A stretch of DNA of 64,000 bases from NCBI GenBank assembly GCA_963697415.1, contig CAVONW010000003.1, positions 2,427,821 through 2,491,820 on the forward strand. Reading direction: 5' to 3'. The position numbers were made by a program, and so were the translations under genes. How positions within the stretch are numbered: position 1 is the stretch's first letter; the number at the start of each line of letters is the position of its first letter. A model generated the notes under the pieces. The model saw only the letters and a program-made list of their open reading frames with translations. It was not told the origin of the DNA and did no database searches. Source of the DNA: an uncultured Chloroflexia bacterium. Its GTDB lineage: Bacteria; Chloroflexota; Limnocylindria; Limnocylindrales; CSP1-4. Of the stretch, positions 16,796-27,707 are shown one piece after another.

Positions 16796-17899
16796 TCACC
16801 GGCTGAACAGGATCTCGAGGACGTCGCCGTCGCACACCCGGTAGGTTCGACCCTCTGAGCGGAGGCGGCCCGCCTTCCGTGCCTCGGCCATCGACCGAAG
16901 GGTCAGCAGGTCTTCATAGGCCACGGTCTCCGCGCGGATGAAGCCCTTCGCGAGGTCGGTATGGATCGCACCCGCCGCATCCACCGCGGTGCTCCCGTCC
17001 GGAATCGGCCAGGCGCGGACCTCGTCCGGACCGGCCGTGAGGAATGAGATCAGCCCGAGCAATTGGTAGGACAGGGCGATCACGCGACCAAGACCCGATC
17101 GCTCGATCCCGAGCTCGGTCATGAACACCGCGGCATCGTCCGGCTCCAGCTCACCGAGCTCCATCTCGATCCGGGCGGACAGCGCATCCACCAGCGCATG
17201 ACGGTGTGGATAGACGGCGCGAATCTGCTCGACCATCTCGTTCGCTGCGGCAATCTGGCGCTCGCCGATATTGAGCAGGACGAGGACGGGCTTCTCGGTC
17301 AGGAATCGGAAACCCCGGATCGCCTTCGCGGCATCCACGTCGAGATCGGTGTCCCGGATCGGCCGGCCCGCCTCCAGGTCCACCTTGAGCGAGCGCAGGA
17401 TCGCCTCCTCCCGCTCGTTCGCCTCCCGTTCCGCCGGCGTCCCGTGCCGGCCCGACGAGGACAGCCGATCCAGCCGGCGGTCCACCATCGCCAGGTCCGC
17501 GAGCAGAAACTCGAGGTCCAGATGTTCGAGGTCGCGCAGGGGATCCACGCTCCCGTCCAGATGCGGAACGGACGGGTCCTCGAAGGCGCGGACCACGTGG
17601 AGCAGGGCATCCGAATCACGGAGCCGCGCCAGATGCTCGGCCGGCAGCTCCTCGGTCCCGATCCGGCCCTCCGATGACGGCGGTGGAGCCGGCAGGTCAA
17701 CGTAGGTGACGTCCGCATGGATGATCTTCTTCGGCCGGAAGATCTCGGCGAGTCGGTCCAGACGCTCATCCGGAACCTTCACGACGCCGATGTTCAGGGT
17801 CAGCCCGCCGAACCCGCCGGTTTCGGCGTGACCGCGGGTGAGCGTGTTGAAGACCGTCGTCTTGCCGCTGCCGGCGAGACCAACGATGGCAATCTGCAT
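16796..17899 (-). CDS. ychF: ribosome-binding ATPase YchF (Obg-family GTPase with C-terminal TGS domain)
   Basis: IVGLAGSGKTTVFNTLT P-loop and ...RVCDGDVLEILFSR C-terminus. The layout resembles E. coli YchF. Confidence 0.9.
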   Translation of the reverse strand: MQIAIVGLAGSGKTTVFNTLTRGHAETGGFGGLTLNIGVVKVPDERLDRLAEIFRPKKIIHADVTYVDLPAPPPSSEGRIGTEELPAEHLARLRDSDALLHVVRAFEDPSVPHLDGSVDPLRDLEHLDLEFLLADLAMVDRRLDRLSSSGRHGTPAEREANEREEAILRSLKVDLEAGRPIRDTDLDVDAAKAIRGFRFLTEKPVLVLLNIGERQIAAANEMVEQIRAVYPHRHALVDALSARIEMELGELEPDDAAVFMTELGIERSGLGRVIALSYQLLGLISFLTAGPDEVRAWPIPDGSTAVDAAGAIHTDLAKGFIRAETVAYEDLLTLRSMAEARKAGRLRSEGRTYRVCDGDVLEILFSR

Positions 17900-17981
17900 G
17901 ACCAGAGGATTGTGCAGCAGCGAACCGAGTCCGTCCGCGCAGCCCGAATGCGCCGTGCTGGAGGCCGCGGCCTCTGACGAG

Positions 17982-19070
17982 TCAGTAGCCGGCGCCGGGG
18001 TCCACCACGTTGCGGAGCGCCTCTCCGGCCGCGTAGCGCCGCAGGTTCTCGCAGAAGAGATCGATGCTGCGATCCAGGACGCGGGCGGACGACCACGCGG
18101 TATGCGGGGTCACGATGACGTTCGACAGGTCGTAGAAGGGCGATGTGGGCGGGAGCGGCTCCTCGCGGAATGCGTCGAGCGCAGCGCCCCCGATCCGGTG
18201 GTCGGCGAGAGCCTCCAGGAGCGCTCGATCGTCGATGAGCCGGCCCCGGGCGACGTTGATGATCCAGGCCTCGCGGCCCATGACCGCCAGCGCGGCCGCA
18301 TCGATCATGCCGTCCGTTTCCGGCGTGAGCGGCGCGGCCAGGACGACGATGTCGGACGCCGCGAGAAGCTCGTGGAGGCCATCCGGCCCGAGGATCCGGG
18401 CCGGCGCCGGGGCGATTGGAAAAGCGTCGTTGGGATCGCCGATCGTCACGGCGGCGGTTTCCTGACCAGCGCCGGACTCCGATCCGCCGGCCGGGCTTCG
18501 CCGCAGGGCGATGACCCGGGCGCCGAATGCTCCGGCGAGCGAGGCAACAGCCCGTCCGATGGACCCATAGCCAACGATCCCGATCGTGAGCTCGCGCAGT
18601 TCGACGCCCTCGAGCGGCTGCCACGTCCGCTCTCGCTGGAGCTCCAGCAGCTGTGGCAGGCGGCGGCTGATCGCGAGGATGAGCATCAGCACGTGCTCGG
18701 CGATCGGTCGCGTGAAGACGCCGCGGGCATTCGTGACCGTCAAGTCGCGGCCGCGGGCGGCCGCCGTCAGGGCGCGCTCGACGCCGGAGGTCGCCGAATG
18801 GACCCAGCGTAGGTCCGGGGCGTGGGAAAGAAGGCGGTCGAATGCCTCGGAACTCAGCCAACCTCGCAGGAGGACCTCGACGTCCTCGACCGGGCCGTCG
18901 GCCAGGCCTTCCATGGACAGGTTGACGATTCGGGCGCCGGGCGCGGCCGCCCGGATGCGATCCAGGTCCTGGGCGCGAACGCGGGCGGACAGGATGGGGC
19001 TCACGGCGATGGCGGTGGGCACCCCGCCGGGGGCACGCCCCGGACCGGGCCGGCCGACGCCGTTACTCAT
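17982..19070 (-). CDS. D-isomer-specific 2-hydroxyacid dehydrogenase (NAD-binding)
   Basis: GIVGYGSIGRAV Rossmann motif and a catalytic R/E/H region. Start set at ATG 19070 (ATGA overlap with the upstream stop). Confidence 0.8.
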   Translation of the reverse strand: MSNGVGRPGPGRAPGGVPTAIAVSPILSARVRAQDLDRIRAAAPGARIVNLSMEGLADGPVEDVEVLLRGWLSSEAFDRLLSHAPDLRWVHSATSGVERALTAAARGRDLTVTNARGVFTRPIAEHVLMLILAISRRLPQLLELQRERTWQPLEGVELRELTIGIVGYGSIGRAVASLAGAFGARVIALRRSPAGGSESGAGQETAAVTIGDPNDAFPIAPAPARILGPDGLHELLAASDIVVLAAPLTPETDGMIDAAALAVMGREAWIINVARGRLIDDRALLEALADHRIGGAALDAFREEPLPPTSPFYDLSNVIVTPHTAWSSARVLDRSIDLFCENLRRYAAGEALRNVVDPGAGY

Positions 19071-20344
19071 GCCGGAACGCCTTCGCGGCCGTCGAGGACC
19101 CGCGCGATCCACGCATCTGGAGCCCCGATCTCGACCGCCGTCGGGAGCGTCGCGGGGGACGCCCAGATCCGGTCGAGCGCCGATCGCCCACGCGCCTCGG
19201 CAATGGCCCGAACGAAGAGCTCGCCGCGCCGATACTGCTCGAGCTTCAGATCCATGCCGGTCAGCCGGAGGACGGCCCGCTCAAACCCGGTCCGATGAGC
19301 GCGTCGTTCATGGAATCGTGCGGAGATCCGCTCAATCCCGGGGACCAGGCCCTTGCCGACTTCGTCCATCACGTAGTCGCTGAAACCCTCGAGCAGGCTC
19401 ATGACCGCCTGCGTTTCACGAAACAGCGTCCGCTGCTCATCGGTCATCAGGCGCTCCATCCAGTGCTCGCCGCTGGCTTCGCCGCGCAACGGTCGGACCA
19501 GCGCACGGAGCGCGTCCCGGCCGAGCGACTCCGCCGACCCACTGAACAGCGCGAGCTGGCGCTCGAGCCGCTCCGCGAGGTACGGGCGCAGCCAGGGATG
19601 CCCCTCGAACTCGAAGGCATGGGTCGTCTCGTGCAATGCGATCCACGTTCGGAACGGCCCGACCGGGACGCCGAGGCTCTGGGCGGTCGCCCGGATGTTC
19701 TCCTCGACGAACAGGAGCCGGCCATCCTCGGTCTCGGCCGCAAGGAGGGCGATGTCGTATTGGCCGAGGACACGCGAGCCCATGAAGCCCAGGAGGAATC
19801 CGAGCTGGCGGCTGGTCACCCAGCGGTTTGCAATGACCATTGCGGACGCCGTGACGCCTCCGCCGGGGCGGATGACCTGCTCGAGGAGCGGCCCCTCGAT
19901 CCGCGAGATGAGCGACCTGAAGGTCTTGACGTTCGCTCGGACCCAGTCCGCCCGATCGACGACCGTGGCCCGCTCAACGACACCCGGCAAAGCGGTCCCG
20001 AGGGCTTCGGCCAGGCGTGGGACAACGATTGCCATGGCGTCCCGATAGGCGGCATCGGCGGCGCGAAGCTCGATGGGCGTCAATCGATTCGGAAGCAATT
20101 CAACCCGGTTCACGGCGAGTCGCTCGACATCCGCCCAGTCAACAAGCCCTCGACGCGCGGAGCGCTCCGCCCGCCGTCCGAGGAGCGTCGCGGCGATGCC
20201 CAACGCGGAACCCACGAGGAAACCGGCCTGCCACCGCCGGTCGGTCGCCCAGCCGGAGCCTCCGTCGCTGCGGGACCGTCGCGCCGGGCCGGCGACGCCG
20301 GCGCGGCTGGTGGCGGCCCCGCTCCCGAATCCCGGCCGGGTCAT
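19067..20344 (-). CDS. zinc-dependent metalloprotease (actinobacterial DUF2342-type, HExxH)
   Basis: IALHETTHAFEF HExxH motif; long helical protein typical of this family. Confidence 0.7.
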   Translation of the reverse strand: MTRPGFGSGAATSRAGVAGPARRSRSDGGSGWATDRRWQAGFLVGSALGIAATLLGRRAERSARRGLVDWADVERLAVNRVELLPNRLTPIELRAADAAYRDAMAIVVPRLAEALGTALPGVVERATVVDRADWVRANVKTFRSLISRIEGPLLEQVIRPGGGVTASAMVIANRWVTSRQLGFLLGFMGSRVLGQYDIALLAAETEDGRLLFVEENIRATAQSLGVPVGPFRTWIALHETTHAFEFEGHPWLRPYLAERLERQLALFSGSAESLGRDALRALVRPLRGEASGEHWMERLMTDEQRTLFRETQAVMSLLEGFSDYVMDEVGKGLVPGIERISARFHERRAHRTGFERAVLRLTGMDLKLEQYRRGELFVRAIAEARGRSALDRIWASPATLPTAVEIGAPDAWIARVLDGREGVPA

Positions 20345-21272
20345 ACGGCCACGCGGCCGGCCGTGCCGGTCGCCGCGAGATCAATCGCCGCGACATCCGG
20401 AAAGGCGTCCCCGAACATGCGGCCGGCAATGGCCCGGAACGCGTCGATGTCCCCGGTCGTGAGCTGCACGTGCGTCGGTGGCGCAGCTCGCCCGAGCGGC
20501 GCCTGATGGCCCGCCTGACCCGGATCTGCCGCGGTTCCGCGCGAGCTACCCGGCGCTTCGAGGCCGTTGATCGCCAGCAAATCATGCAGTGCCGAGGCGG
20601 TCGCCGACGCGGAATCGACGATCGCGACCCGATCGCCAACGATGTCGGCAATCGTCGTGCGGAGCAGTGGATAGTGCGTGCATCCGAGCAGGAGCGTGTC
20701 AATCCGGGCGGAGCCCGGGAGCGGGAAGATGAACTCACCGTCCGCATCGCGCTGCCCGAGGAGCGGCGCCAGGGCGTCCGCGACCGCCGCTTCAATCTCG
20801 TGACCATCGACCAGCCCCGCCTCGACCATCGGGACCAGCGCCGGTGTCGCGTGCTCGTAGACCTCGACGGCCGGATTCTCGTCCTTGATCGCCGTGAAGT
20901 ACGCGTGCGAGCGGATCGTCGCCGCAGTCGCGATGACACCGACGCGGCGGTTCCGGGTCGTCAGGGCCGCTGTCACGGCTCCAGGCCGAATGACCCCGAG
21001 AACCGGAAGGTCGTATCGACGTCGGAGATCGCCGAGCGCGACTGCCGTGGAGGTGTTGCAGGCGATGACGATGGCCTTGATGTCGCGCTCGACGAGCGCA
21101 TCGATCGCCTCGGCACTGAAGGCCCGGACCTCGTCGTCCGTCCGGGTGCCGTACGGCGCGCGGGCGTTGTCACCCAGGTAGATCGTCGATTCGGCCGGCG
21201 AACGGCGAAGGATCTCGCGCAGAACGGTCAGGCCGCCGACCCCCGAGTCGAACACCCCGATCGGCCGCGGGT
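20341..21272 (-). CDS. murI: glutamate racemase
   Basis: VFDSGVGGLTV and ...IACNTST... motifs. Start ATG 21272 (MSDPRPIG). Confidence 0.9.
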
Positions 21273-21286
21273 CGGACATCCGCCCC

Positions 21287-22436
21287 TCAGCGTGTGCCGA
21301 GCGCGACCGCCGCCCGCCCGGCTCCGATGAGCGTCGCGACAATGCGGTCGATGTCCTGGCTGACGCCCGCCTGTGGATCCGAGAGGACGAACGGGATGCC
21401 CTGGTTGTTGGCCGGAACGACGACGGCCCCATCCGACCGCACCTGGTGCTCGGGTACTCGCCCGAGGGCGTGGATGAGGTCCGCCGGATCGATCCCGGCG
21501 TTCGCGTCGGCACGGTTGACCAGGTACTGGACCTTCGACGCGGGATAGCCGATGACCCGGAAGGTGTCGGCCAGCGCGATCGTGTTGTGAATGGTCGTCG
21601 AATCGTAGGTCACGATCTCGAGGATCGTGTCGACGCGGTCGAGGAGTGCCAGGTTGAGCTCGTCGAGCGCGACCGACATGTCGATGATCACCACGTCGTA
21701 CAGGCGCCGGAGCAATGACAGGATCTTCTCGACGTCCCGCGTCATGACCATCTCGGCCATCTCGATCCGGGGCGGGGCGAGGAGAATGTCGATGCCCGAT
21801 GGGTCCCGCCAGACAACCTCGGCCAGGTCGGACTCAGCGACGCGATCGGTCGGAAGATCGAGGATGGACGGCGCGTCGGCGGGAACGCGGAGCAGTGCCC
21901 GCATATCGGCGAACTGGATGCTCCCGTCGAGGAGAACCACCTTTCGCCCAACCCGTGCGGCCGCGACAGCAAGGTTGAAGGCGATCGTCGTCTTGCCCAC
22001 GCCGCCCTTGGGGGCGAAGATCGCCAGCGACAGCGACGCGGCGACGGTCTCGCCTGATTCGAAGGCCTTCCGAACCTGGGCGACCCGCGTGATGAGGTCG
22101 TAGCCGGAGAACGGCATGGCCAGGACGCCGTGTATCCCGCGTGCGGGATCAGGCTCCACGGGCTGCTGCGGGACGGTCAGCATGATCACCGGGACGTTGA
22201 TGCCGCCGTCACGGAGCTGGCTCAGGACCTGGGATGCCTTGACCCGGCCCTGCAGCAGCGCGTCCACGATGAGAACATCGGGGCGCAATTCCGGCACCTG
22301 CAGGACCGCCTTGCCGCCATCGGCAATGACCTCGATGAGCTTGATCTGGCTCTGCGACGAGAGGAGGCCGCGGACGTATTGCGCCACCTGCGGCACGTCC
22401 TCGATCAGCAGGAGGCGGACTTGGTCGCTGCTTGCC
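21287..22436 (-). CDS. response-regulator receiver domain fused to ParA/MinD-like ATPase (CpaE/TadZ-like), orphan
   Basis: REC domain (LLLIEDV...VLIVDAL) plus deviant Walker A KGGVGKTT. Start ATG 22436 (MASSDQ). Confidence 0.75.
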
Positions 22437-22451
22437 ATCGCCAGAACGGTA

Positions 22452-23249
22452 TCACGGGCCGCCGGGGCGCCGGGCGACGAGGATCGCCCGTCCGTCGCCT
22501 GGCTGCAACGGCGAAAGGTCATAGTCCCCGGCCACCACCTCCACCTCCAGCCCGGCGTCCTCCGCGTGGAGCCTGAGCTCGTCGGCGGCAACCAGGTGGA
22601 GCGCGTCCTCGCGCGTCCAGCGGACCGGCGCCTCGCCCGGCACGCCTTCGGCGAAGATCGTCGTGAGCGTGACGGCCCGGTTCGCGCTGTCGTACCAGGC
22701 TGCCGCCGTCTTCGTGACGTCGCACCCATTGTCCGGATCCTGTCGGAGCCACTCGAGGCTCAGGCGTCCGTCAAATCGACCGAGGTCCTCGGTCTGCGGC
22801 AGCCACGTATCTACGACGGCAACGCCGCCCGGCGCGAGCAGGCCGGTCAGGACCGCCACGGCCGCTCGCTGGCGGCGCGGGCCCCCCAGCAGGAGGAGCG
22901 AGTTCAAGGCCAGGATCCCAAGCCGGAACGTGCCGGCCCCAACGATCGAGGCCGAGAACAGGTCGCCTTCGACCAGCCTGACCCGTCGCGCGACTGCCGG
23001 ACCGGCCACGGCGCAGCGGGCCCGCGCGCGATCGAGCATGGATCGATCCACGTCCAGGCCGGTGATCTCGTGGCCGGCCTCAGCGAGCGGCACCAGGAGC
23101 CGACCGGTTCCCGCGCACAGCTCGATGATCGGACCACCGGTTCGCTCGGCGAGCGCGCGATAGAGATCGAGGTCGCCGGGATCGACTGCCAGATCAAGGT
23201 CGTACAGCCGAGCCAGCGCTGCGGCAAGCGAGTGCTGAGTCGTAGGCAC
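22452..23249 (-). CDS. class I SAM-dependent methyltransferase
   Basis: IELCAGTGRL motif I and LVEGDL motif. Confidence 0.8.
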   Translation of the reverse strand: MPTTQHSLAAALARLYDLDLAVDPGDLDLYRALAERTGGPIIELCAGTGRLLVPLAEAGHEITGLDVDRSMLDRARARCAVAGPAVARRVRLVEGDLFSASIVGAGTFRLGILALNSLLLLGGPRRQRAAVAVLTGLLAPGGVAVVDTWLPQTEDLGRFDGRLSLEWLRQDPDNGCDVTKTAAAWYDSANRAVTLTTIFAEGVPGEAPVRWTREDALHLVAADELRLHAEDAGLEVEVVAGDYDLSPLQPGDGRAILVARRPGGP

Positions 23250-23258
23250 GGCGAGATC

Positions 23259-24047
23259 CTACCCGGTCTCGGCAGCCGGCCATGCGCCGCGGGCGAGCAG
23301 GACGTCCCGCAGGACCGCCGGGCGGTCAGTCATCAGACCATCGACGCCGAGGTCCAGGAGCCTGCCCATCTCGGCCGGCTCGTTGACCGTCCAGACGTGG
23401 ACCGGCAGTCCGAGGTCATGGGCAGTCCGAATGAGCGCCGGTCCAACGAGGGAGATCCCATACCCCCGGCGCGGTATCTGGACGCACCGCCCCTGGCGCC
23501 GCGCCAGGCGGTCCCGAAACAGCCTGAGGCCCCACGCGCCAAGGCGCAGGGCGGCGACCTCTCTCGTGCCGAGGGAGGTGCATAGCTCGGGCCCGAGCGT
23601 GCGGCGCACCTCAGTCAGCCGGCGGTCCGAGAACGAACCCACGCAGACTCGCTCCAGCGAGCCACCCGTCCGAAGCGCGGCGATGAGCGGCGCGACCGCG
23701 GCGTCGTGTTTCGGGTCCACGTTGATCCGCGCCGCGGGGAACGCTTCGAGCAACTCCTCGAACCGGATGATCGGCTCGCGACCTGCCACGCGCGCCAGGC
23801 GGACCTCGGACCAGGGCAGTTCGGCGACCATGCCGCGCCGGTCCGTGACCCGGTCAAGCCGATCGTCGTGGAATGCGACGAGCACCCCGTCCGCGGTCGC
23901 GTGGACATCGGTTTCGAGATACCGGTACCCGAGGTCGATCGCGGCGGCGAATGCCACGAGCGTGTTCTCGGGATGGACCTCGGCGCCTCCGCGATGCGCG
24001 AACGCGATGGGTCCGGGCTGGTCGAGAAAGGGATGCGTGGCGGTCAA
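23259..24047 (-). CDS. glycerophosphodiester phosphodiesterase (GDPD family)
   Basis: AHRGG...ENT and YLETDVH motifs. Confidence 0.85.
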   Translation of the reverse strand: MTATHPFLDQPGPIAFAHRGGAEVHPENTLVAFAAAIDLGYRYLETDVHATADGVLVAFHDDRLDRVTDRRGMVAELPWSEVRLARVAGREPIIRFEELLEAFPAARINVDPKHDAAVAPLIAALRTGGSLERVCVGSFSDRRLTEVRRTLGPELCTSLGTREVAALRLGAWGLRLFRDRLARRQGRCVQIPRRGYGISLVGPALIRTAHDLGLPVHVWTVNEPAEMGRLLDLGVDGLMTDRPAVLRDVLLARGAWPAAETG

Positions 24048-25089
24048 CCGCCCCGGCGGATCCTCGCTCCGTCGCGCTTTCGCACGGCGAGCGCCGAGAT
24101 CGTCTCCAGGGCGGCCCGATTGGCGATCATCGCCGTGGACTCCGCCCAGTCATACGGCGGCGAGACCTCGACAATATCCATGGCCGCGAGTTCCACCGCG
24201 CCCACGATCTGGCGGACGGCCCGCAGCACCTCGCGCGGGAGCATGCCCCCGGGCTCCGGGGTGCCCGTGCCGGGCGCCAGGCCCGGGTCCACGACATCGA
24301 TGTCCAGGGACAGGTAGATGGCATCCGGGCCATCGAGGGCCTCGGCGATCGCGTCGGCCACGACAGCCTCGGCTCCGCGCTCCTCGATCTCGGTCATGAG
24401 GTGATAGCGCATGCCCTGTTCGCGCATCCAGTCAAGCACGGACACGGGCGGCCAGTAGCCCCGCAGTCCCACCTGGACGAAGTTCCTGCCCTTGACCGCA
24501 CCGGACTCGATGAGGCGGCGCATCGGTGAGCCATGACCGGCCAGCTGGCCCCACGAGTCGGGCGCCGTGTCGGCATGGGCATCGAAGTGGACGATCCCGA
24601 TGCTGCCGGGTCGGCGGACCTCGGCGATCGCCGTCGCGGACGGCCAGGTGATGGAGTGGTCGCCGCCCAGGACGATCGGAATGGCGCCGGTCTCGGCGAC
24701 CTCGCGCACCTTTCGGTAGATCATCGCGTGAGCGCGTTCCCAGTAGGCCGGCACGATGTTCGCGTCGCCGGCATCGACAACGGTCAGGTGCTCGAAGGGC
24801 TCAATCCCCAACTGGAGGGAGTTCAACGAGCCGCTCGTGTTCTGTGCCTCACGGATCGCGCGAGGCCCGAATCGTGCCCCCGGCCGGTGCGTGACCAGAT
24901 CGTCGAACGGGGCGCCGACGATGGCGACGTCCACGTTCCGTGCCCGAATCTCTGCCGGATCCGTGATCCACGGCAGGTTGGCGAAGGTGGTCGGTCCGAC
25001 GTAGGTCGGCAGGTCGAAGTCCGAGAACATCTCGTACTCACGGTTCCAGCCGTGCATCGCCGCGAAACCGCGCTCGGGGTCGGGACTCA
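24044..25089 (-). CDS. agmatinase/ureohydrolase (arginase family)
   Basis: GGDHSIT, DAHADT, SLDIDVVDP manganese-binding motifs. Start ATG 25089. Confidence 0.85.
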
Positions 25090-25247
25090 TGGGGCGCTCG
25101 CTCACGCGATTCCTCCGGATGGCCGCACTGTCCCGCGCTGGGAACCGGCCATGCTCGCCAAGGACGCCGCCGGTTCGAAGTCGTCCGTCCAGCGGGGCGC
25201 CGCGCGCATCGTACCAAACGCCTGCATGGAGCCCGGAGCTTCGCCGA

Positions 25248-26456
25248 TCAGGCGTCGCGGCGGAACTCTGCCCAGGCGGCGCTGACGAGCCCCGGATCAG
25301 CGAACAGGTCGAAGGCCGTCTGGGCAACGAGGGTCGCCGCCATGAGCGTTGTCTCATCGGCAACGGGGGTGGCCGCGGCGTCCCGGAACAGGATCGAATG
25401 GCCGGGGGTCGGGAACGGTGCGATGGCGAGGTCCGGGTGGATCGTCGGGCAGACCCACGACACGTTGGCCATGTCCGTGCTGCCGTAGCTCGCGTCGTCC
25501 CCCTGGTCCTCGATGCCGTACGCGGCCGCGTTGGCGACCCAGCGATCCGCCAGGACCCGATTCGTCCTCATCGTTCGCGAGCCGCCCGAGAAGGTCACGT
25601 CCACGGTCGTGTCGGACGCCATCGCCGCGGCACTGCACAGCTGCTGGAACCGCGCCTGCATGGCCCGGTAGTCCGCGTCGTCGTCACTCCGGATCATGAA
25701 CCAGGCCCGCGTCCGGTCCGGGATGATGTTGGCGGCGGTTCCGCCCTCCTGGATGATCCCGTGGATGCGGGCGGCCGGTTGCAGCTGCTGGCGCCACAGG
25801 CCGACCGAGCCAAACAGCAGGATCATGGCATCGAGCGCGTTCTTGCCCTTCCACGGATCCGACGCAGCGTGCGCCTGAAGGCCCGTGAACGTCACATCCA
25901 CATCCACCGAGGCCAGGGGCGCGGTGTCGACGTGATTGCGATCACACGGGTGGTACAGGAGGGCGGCATCGATTCCCTCGAAGAGGCCGTCCTCGATCAT
26001 GAATTGCTTGCCGCTCCCCCGTTCCTCGGCCGGAGTGCCCAGGAAGACGATCTCGCCGGGCAGCTCATCGGCGACGGCGGCCAGCGCGATCGCCGCGCCG
26101 ACGCCGGAGGCCGCCATCGTGTTGTGACCGCAGCCATGCCCGAGCCCGGGCAGGGCGTCGTACTCGGCGAGAATCCCGATCCGGGGCGATGCGCCGCCTC
26201 GGCCTCCGCGCCGGACGGCCCTGATCGCGGTTGCCAGCCGACCGGCGGGCAGCTCCACCTCGAAGCCATGTGCCGCGAGAACCTCCGCGCACCAGGCCGC
26301 GGCCTGATGCTCCTCGAAGGCGGGCTCCGGAGTCGCATGGATCCGGTGGGACAGGTCCAGGATCTCGTCACGCGCCGCTTCAACGGCCAACGCCACGCGC
26401 CGCTTGCCATCGACGTTCGGGGCGGCGGGATCTCTGTGGGTTCGGGCGTCTGACAT
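25248..26456 (-). CDS. M20D-family amidohydrolase (hippurate hydrolase/AbgB-like)
   Basis: GHGCGHN and ...FLGTPAEE...HP motifs. Start ATG 26456. Confidence 0.85.
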   Translation of the reverse strand: MSDARTHRDPAAPNVDGKRRVALAVEAARDEILDLSHRIHATPEPAFEEHQAAAWCAEVLAAHGFEVELPAGRLATAIRAVRRGGRGGASPRIGILAEYDALPGLGHGCGHNTMAASGVGAAIALAAVADELPGEIVFLGTPAEERGSGKQFMIEDGLFEGIDAALLYHPCDRNHVDTAPLASVDVDVTFTGLQAHAASDPWKGKNALDAMILLFGSVGLWRQQLQPAARIHGIIQEGGTAANIIPDRTRAWFMIRSDDDADYRAMQARFQQLCSAAAMASDTTVDVTFSGGSRTMRTNRVLADRWVANAAAYGIEDQGDDASYGSTDMANVSWVCPTIHPDLAIAPFPTPGHSILFRDAAATPVADETTLMAATLVAQTAFDLFADPGLVSAAWAEFRRDA

Positions 26457-26482
26457 CGGGGTCCTCCTGCGGTGTCGGGGTG

Positions 26483-26857
26483 TCAGCGGTCCATCGACAG
26501 GGTGGTCTCGGCGACGAGCACCATGGCGATGATGAACAGGGCAAGTTGCGGCTGAAACAGTGCCTGGAGTCGAAGCACGATGAGGATCACGACCACGAGG
26601 CCCAGCCAGCCGCCTCGTCTGATGGCGCGCGGCCATGCCCCCAGGTACGTGATCCGGCCCTGGAGCGCGAACGGCACGAGCCAGAACAGCGGGACGGTCG
26701 TCAGGCCCACGGCAATCCCCATCGCAAGCGCCCCGGCATACCCGGCGAGCGGCACTAGCAGCGGGTCCTGGGTAAGGACGATCCCGCCCACCACGAGCCA
26801 GGCTGTGAGCGCCGCGGCGAAGAAGGCGAGGTTCGTCCGTCGGTCGCGCGGCTCCAT
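26483..26857 (-). CDS. small integral membrane protein (3-4 TM)
   Basis: Hydrophobic 124-aa ORF; no other evidence. Confidence 0.45.
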   Translation of the reverse strand: MEPRDRRTNLAFFAAALTAWLVVGGIVLTQDPLLVPLAGYAGALAMGIAVGLTTVPLFWLVPFALQGRITYLGAWPRAIRRGGWLGLVVVILIVLRLQALFQPQLALFIIAMVLVAETTLSMDR

Positions 26858-26866
26858 GCTGCGAGT

Positions 26867-27676
26867 CTAGGGGCTCGGGTTCTCGAGGTGAGGTCCGAGC
26901 TCCTCGAGTCGATCGAGCTCCAGGTCCGGATGCACGTCCCCGTCACGGACCGAGGTCGGAAGCGGCGTGTCGCCCTGATGGTCGCGGAGGTACGCCGCGC
27001 GCCAGCCGGCCCGCACGGCACCCACGACATCTGCTGCCCAATCGTCGCCGACGTGGAGGATCTCGCGCGGCGGGAGGCCGAGCGCGGATGCCGCGTACGC
27101 AAAGATCCCCGGGTGCGGCTTGATCGTGCCGATCCGCTGGGAAACGAAGATGCCCACGAGGACGTCGCGCCAGCCGGCTGCCTCGACGAAGCGGTCAATC
27201 GTCGCGGCGAGCGGCCAGTTCGAGAGGATCGCCACCCGGAACCCGCGTCTCGCCAGGTCCCTGATGAGGTGGCCGCTTGCGGGTGGCGCGGTCACACCGG
27301 CCACGAATGCCTCGCTGTACGTCTCGACGACCCGCGCGACTTCGTCCGGGCTGGCATGAAGCGCTGCTGCGCGGTCATCCCAGCGCGCATCGCGATCAGG
27401 TGGCGGCATCCCGCGCAGGCGTGCGAGAACGCGTACCGTCCGCTGCGGGAGATCCACTTCGCGGAACTCCGGGACCTCCTCGCGGAATTGGCGGTCCCGT
27501 TCTTCGGCCCAGGCAGCGAGGAACACGGCCGGATCTCCGAGGCCGAGCTCCGCGCTCGAGCGGAGCGCAGTCTGCTCGACGACCCCGCGCAGCGCCGAAC
27601 GCTGGATCGGGACGAGGGTATTGCCGAAGTCGAACGTGACGGCGCGGATCCCGGTCAGCATCGCCGCCCTGGTCAT
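26867..27676 (-). CDS. HAD-superfamily hydrolase
   Basis: N-terminal FDFGNTL motif I and ...LSNW..., GDD motif IV-like region. Confidence 0.75.
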   Translation of the reverse strand: MTRAAMLTGIRAVTFDFGNTLVPIQRSALRGVVEQTALRSSAELGLGDPAVFLAAWAEERDRQFREEVPEFREVDLPQRTVRVLARLRGMPPPDRDARWDDRAAALHASPDEVARVVETYSEAFVAGVTAPPASGHLIRDLARRGFRVAILSNWPLAATIDRFVEAAGWRDVLVGIFVSQRIGTIKPHPGIFAYAASALGLPPREILHVGDDWAADVVGAVRAGWRAAYLRDHQGDTPLPTSVRDGDVHPDLELDRLEELGPHLENPSP

Positions 27677-27707
27677 TGGCGGCCTCGAGGATGTCGCCGG
27701 GCGCCCG

